From: Antedon mediterranea
Taxonomy: Eukaryota > Animalia > Echinodermata
Direction: 5' to 3'
Assembly (NCBI RefSeq): GCF_964355755.1
Contig: NC_092673.1
Location: forward strand, 16,588,948-16,652,947
Length of the DNA stretch: 64,000 bases
Shown: positions 59,401-64,000 of the stretch, in pieces
How positions within the stretch are numbered: position 1 is the first letter of the stretch
Layout of the letters: every line of letters begins with the position of its first letter
The notes under the pieces: model-generated
Told to the model about the DNA's origin: nothing
Seen by the model: only the letters and a program-made list of their open reading frames with translations
Databases searched by the model: none
Program-made: the position numbers and the translations under genes

Positions 59401-62368
59401 TTAGTTTCAGAATTTGTTGCCAAGTAAGATCGCAGTCAGCTTTGATGGCCAGTGACCTGTCAACATCATCAATGATACCAATTGGTGGCAAGTTAGATTG
59501 CATTTTATGATTAAATTGAAGTTGAGCTGAATCATGCGATATTGAATTTCGTATGGTTGATAATTCATGGGTGCGTCAACTGAGGGTTCTTTTGCCAACA
59601 CAACTGCTGGATTTTGTAGCTTTTTGTCATAGTAGTAATTGTCATTGGCTGTAAGTAAAACATTCTTATATGTTTTATATTTACAAGATTTATTGTCAAA
59701 GTTTAATACCTTATTTATTCATGTTCAGGGAATGTGTTTTAATACAATATTGTGTGGTAGGGTAGTTTATTCCAATAAATTCGGTAACAAAACACCCTGC
59801 ATTGATAGTCAGTTTTTAAAAATATGTCTAAAATATATATACTATTATATATAATTTTTAGGTTCATTTGATTTGCCCATTATTCAATAAAATCTCTGTA
59901 CTTTGGTACAGTGGTTTTGTGAAAAATGTTGGCTTTCTAAAAAAAAATAACTCACCCTTCTATTTGTTGGTAACTCAATTTTTTTTTTTTTTTTTAGTGA
60001 TTTGGATACCAACTTCCTTGCAAATTGCTGGACAGGTTCGGGTATCTTCTCGCCAACAATTTCTTTGTTTATGGTCTTAATTGCATTGGTTACAGCATTA
60101 TACCGTTGCTCAGCCTCTGTTGTGCATTTATGCTGACTGCACTAGTTATACTTCAGACATTTCCCACACAACCGACATTGCAATTCAACCGTTTGCAAAG
60201 ATTGTTGTACCAGTAATGATGGTTTTTTTCATGTCACGTTCAAATGTTATCGGTGACGCACAGGCAAAACATGGGGAATGTATGTAGTCGAAGAGTACAG
60301 AACAATTGACAGAGACAGTACATACAAAAATGGTGGGAACACTGAGTTTCTGCATTATCAAGCGACAGAATATGTTTACAAATAGAACATTGAAACAAAG
60401 ACAGTGCTGATTGGTCATAAAGGGTGAATTGCTCAGTTAATGAATTGAATTTTAAATCTTGCATGAAAGTTTTTTTATTGAATTTTATCCTGTGACCTTG
60501 TTTCTGTTGATTTTCATAAAGATAACAAGCTGTGCACTGTAAATCATCATGTTGTCTCCAGATGTAAGGTGTAATTAATGTCGTTTGTTTGTATGCAGCT
60601 GATTGACAAGTATGACAAACATATGATGGATGAACATTTTTATCTTCTTCAACAATTTTAATGTTTAGAAAATTTAAAGTTTGTGTTTTGATGCTTTTAA
60701 GTTCATATTTTCAGTCAGAAATTTTGAATTTTATTCCACAAATTCTACAAATATTTAATAAAGATTCAGAATGGAAATCCATAATTAGTATTATTTGTAG
60801 GCCCTAGGCCTAATTAATTATGTAATTTTTGTAATCAGCAATTTATTTACACAACACAAATAATACAATGAAATACAGTAAAATGATAATGTAAATAAAG
60901 TTTTATGAACAGTACAGGTATAGTTCAGTGTTTCTCTCTCTCTCTGGCTAGGCATCTTAATATTATGCCAAAATACCCACATCAATTGTCATTAGAGTTT
61001 AAAAAAAAGTAGTCTTATTTACCAGGTGTGTAGAGCCTCTAACCAGTTTTTTACGTCAAAACGAAAACTTAAACGGTGAAAGAATAAATATTGAAAATGA
61101 TCGTTGAACAGTCAGTTTTTCGGTGAAGTGACTACTACTGTACTTTGCGCTTTTTATTGAGGGCGCTATTTATTTACAATTCTATCGAGTACGGCGGTCG
61201 TTAAAACAGTCGTACTATTTTTACTAATAACTGAATTAATATTGCATAATTTGAAGTATTACTTCATTGCTTGTTGTAAAACTAATATATTTACTTGTAA
61301 ATATTATTATTTGTTGTTAATATTTTATATTATGATTGTAACGTTTAATTTACTAGCTTAGTAATTATCGCTATCTCTGCGATGTTCGCTGGGCTCTCGC
61401 GTTCAGTCAAGCGTGCAAAACCTTAACAACAAAGGCTTTGGTTAGCATAAAAAATAAAAGCGCGTTGAAAACACACTTTATGTCCATAGTTACTATTATT
61501 CGAAACCACCGTTGCAACTATTGGTTCTTTAAAATAAAGCATTTCGCCATAAAAAGCATGCTTTATAACAGTTTATTACATAAGAGGGGCATAATATACA
61601 AAATTGAATTTACAGTAAAACTTTGGACAAAAACTGCTGCCACATTTTTTTTATTATTATAGTGATCGACTAACGTGTATAATTCTCGTCTATTTTAGGT
61701 GCATTCAGATGTGCGTAAGCTTAACGTTGCCATTGACCGCTGTTGCATTGAGCATGAAATCGGGTGTGATGTACGATCAATTGACGAGTAGTGAACAAGA
61801 AGTATACGTTACATTTGCTATTGCAACAGGAATGTTTTCCTTTATGTTTGTGGAGACTTTTATGTTCGGCTCTAGACGAAGAATAGGTCAATTACACTTT
61901 TATTTTACGGCCATTTTTTCATTATTCATATCAGTCGGTATGAAAAAGGATTATTCGATGAGTATACTATTTTTAACATCTCAAGGTAACAAGGCTACGC
62001 TTCGACTGCTACACTTGATGGAAGTGTATTGGAAACGTGAGAGGCCGAGAAAGACACAATATCAAGTGACCGTCTGCATACATACAGTACTTACTTTACT
62101 CTTTAATTTGATGTTTCCAATACTCTGCTTTTTTTCTCTGGTTTTACATAGGCACCGAAACACGTTCACTGAACTTTCCACAGAAGGTTACGTAATTTTC
62201 TGTACACTGCTCATTTTGATAGTCGTGTACAATACATCGTCTGTACTGTCAGCCGTCCGTCTATGTAAAAATATTTCTAATGATTTAAGTGAACCACAGT
62301 CTATCGAACTTACATCGACGGCTCCGCCTTCTTACGATGATGTGTTGGCAGAAACTGCCATCGTGTAA
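53415..62368 (+). CDS. Multi-pass membrane protein (~273 aa; TLC-domain-like or 7TM) with a PPSY motif; exons 53415-53566 and 61699-62368
   Basis: Exon 1 MDLMTLVVFVLS...RDIWM ends AT|GTAAGT (phase 2). The acceptor TTTTAG|G at 61699 continues M-C-I-Q-MCVS in frame with ORF 61709..62368. Confidence 0.65.
53693..54521. mobile_element. Mutator(MULE)-like MITE with ~130-bp TIRs and a 9-bp TSD
   Basis: GCGATTTT...CGTACATAA.TTGGGGACCCCTCATGAAACGTCAC is inverted at the right end. TSD AGCCAGGTA at 53684-53692 and 54522-54530. Confidence 0.85.
55620..56470. repeat. Local ~470-bp-period duplication (two copies plus a fragment)
   Basis: GAATTCAGTAATATAA.AGATACTGTTTAAATGGTATG recurs at ~55621 and ~56090, with a partial copy at ~56390. 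Confidence 0.75.
56694..60782 (-). pseudogene. Decayed, intron-containing Chapaev-type (CMC) DDE transposase with RAG1-like N-terminal Zn domain and RING finger
   Basis: MDFHSESLLNICRICG...VHPSYVCHTC (RAG1-N/Chapa), RING CSICKHIL...CSHHFCMYC, and core motifs GGDKGGGS.KF, LFFFGD*EFLSGMYGL, PSLHISLG, YHGKAFVGNH, SPKLHMLEFHV, NEQVGELIH. Contains in-frame stops and frameshifts. Confidence 0.8.
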
Positions 62369-62578
62369 AAAAAAAAAAATATGTATTTTAATCATTAGTA
62401 TTATAGAAATAAAAGAGAGAAAAGAAGAAACAGTTTTTTTGTGTGTGTGTCTTAATTTCAGTCACATAAACAACGACGACGAAAGAAATGATTGTAGTGT
62501 AACTTTATTTCATTTCCAAGAACCTTATTTGTAAACATTTTCTTATTCTAAATGGTTTTTTTTTTGTTGGTGGTAAGC

Positions 62579-64000
62579 TTAACATTTCTTCTGACGTTTA
62601 CTGTCTACGTTGTGAATGCTTTTCTTTCTCTTTTTTGGTTCATTAGGAACAACAGCAGAAGCAGCAGCATCTTCCGCTTCCTTATCTTTTTTTTTCTCCT
62701 CCTCTTCCTCCTCCTCCTCCTCCTCCTCATCCTCATCCTTTTCTAACTTGATGGCATCACGACGACGAGTTTCAGTTACTTCGATCGCACTATGATACTC
62801 TTCCAGTGTGTAGCCGGACATTTCACACGCCTGCTCTTCAGAAACGGCTTCTCGTCCGATTATGCCCTTTACGACGGCCAATATAGTTTCGGGACAGTCT
62901 TCGTTCTGACGCGCATAAAACTCTTGGTACGCCGTGTCGTTTTGCGATATCTTGCTTCCAAACAGATATCTTGGCGTAATGTCAACTCCTTTCTCGAGGT
63001 TGATGAGAGTAAGAAATCGATTAGCAGGCGATGCATTTTTGTCCGAATAGCATACGATACTCAGATCGGCACGCGCCAGATCACCAGTACCGATGGCCAA
63101 GCGCTGTTCGGAACTCATCGGCTGAAGTTGTTTACCGGGTACGAATCTGGCCACGTTTAGGTTCTTGTATCTTCGGTTTGTGGCGTTGTCGAGAAACAGT
63201 TTCTTGGACATGTCGGAAACGAACTTTAACGATGGATTGTTGTCTTCGAGCTCTTGTCGCGTGCAATCGCGTGCTTGTCTATAGCTTACGTTCGTCTTCA
63301 TCTTCACGTATGGATTCTTTGGAGATCCATCAAAGGGCATCTTGACTTTTTGATACACGCCTGCATTGTTAGCCACATCTTTCGATCCATGTTGACCCCT
63401 GAATTTCTTCATGATGCTGGTGATGCATCGTTTCGCGTCCACTTTGTCGACGCTGTGACAATCTTTGTAGGAGGCGTGTGACTTGCAGTTCACATGCGCC
63501 TCGAAACAATATTTCAACTGTACCATCATGAGTATAATGTTCAGTTTACAGAATCGCACACATCCGTTCAACGGATTTTGATGTCCGTTCACGGTTAGCA
63601 CGTACGCTGCGTTGTTTAGGTCGGTGGTGCCGAGTTGCTCCTCTCTCAACTGTTTGTCTTTGTTGACTTGTATCTTCTTCTGTAGCAGTTCGGCCGTGAG
63701 ATAATTGCCCAGTTCACTCAGACCAGATTCGGTAATGGCGAGCGATCCGGTGCTCATCGTTTTGCTCTCGTTGCCGTCACGATCAACAAACATGATGTTA
63801 AATTTCGAGCGCAATTGCTCCTTTTCGACGGCTTCGAGACGTATCGACTTGATTGAGAGAACGTCAAATTTTTGCCCGCAGTCCCATTTCTCGACCGATT
63901 CGAGCACTCTTTTGCCACTGTCGTCCAAAGACTCGTGTTTCTTGGCGGCACACTCTAGCATCGAGTAGAGAATTTTCACAAAGAGTGGCGTTTTTTTCAA
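62579..64000 (-). CDS. 5'-partial protein (>473 aa) with acidic tail and NLS; candidate OB-fold ssDNA-binding protein
   Basis: Frame is open to the window edge. Contains PYVKMK...AIGTGDLARADLSIVCY, then a poly-E tract and PKKRKK. The SSB call is speculative. Confidence 0.6.
   Translation of the reverse strand: MKKTPLFVKILYSMLECAAKKHESLDDSGKRVLESVEKWDCGQKFDVLSIKSIRLEAVEKEQLRSKFNIMFVDRDGNESKTMSTGSLAITESGLSELGNYLTAELLQKKIQVNKDKQLREEQLGTTDLNNAAYVLTVNGHQNPLNGCVRFCKLNIILMMVQLKYCFEAHVNCKSHASYKDCHSVDKVDAKRCITSIMKKFRGQHGSKDVANNAGVYQKVKMPFDGSPKNPYVKMKTNVSYRQARDCTRQELEDNNPSLKFVSDMSKKLFLDNATNRRYKNLNVARFVPGKQLQPMSSEQRLAIGTGDLARADLSIVCYSDKNASPANRFLTLINLEKGVDITPRYLFGSKISQNDTAYQEFYARQNEDCPETILAVVKGIIGREAVSEEQACEMSGYTLEEYHSAIEVTETRRRDAIKLEKDEDEEEEEEEEEEEKKKDKEAEDAAASAVVPNEPKKRKKSIHNVDSKRQKKC

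Noticed and set aside
45644-60782. ProtoRAG-like RAG1L/RAG2L pair (kelch protein + RAG1-like gene)
   Set aside because: They are about 9 kb apart with unrelated genes between. The kelch protein has no PHD finger and the transposase core motifs are Chapaev-type.
54811-61664. CACTATAATAATA...TATTATTATAGTG as transposon termini
   Set aside because: CAC/GTG ends would fit, but the 13-bp match is mostly (TAA)n low complexity and the flanks (GGGCG / ATCGA) give no TSD.

Overview
AT-rich eukaryotic (animal-type) DNA that reads as a large nuclear dsDNA virus-like segment, probably endogenised and now being colonised by host transposons. Compact, mostly intronless, often overlapping ORFs encode: a divergent MCM-like AAA+ helicase, a CLCC1/Brl1-like membrane protein (a gene type known from allo- and malacoherpesviruses), an AlkB/ALKBH2-like protein lacking its metal ligands (missed by the ORF track), a head-to-head death-domain/Bcl-2-like pair, F-box, kelch-like and DWNN-like proteins, an EGF-domain protein, a CD225/IFITM-like gene, several membrane proteins and a candidate ssDNA-binding protein. 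Several genes carry GT-AG introns. Inserted elements include a decayed Chapaev-type transposase gene with a RAG1-like N-terminus, MITEs with clear TIRs/TSDs and 5'-truncated LINE fragments. There are also ~1 kb and ~290 bp tandem arrays and nested segmental duplications. No capsid, terminase or DNA polymerase gene is recognisable, so the viral lineage is inferred, not established. All homology calls are by eye, without database searches.
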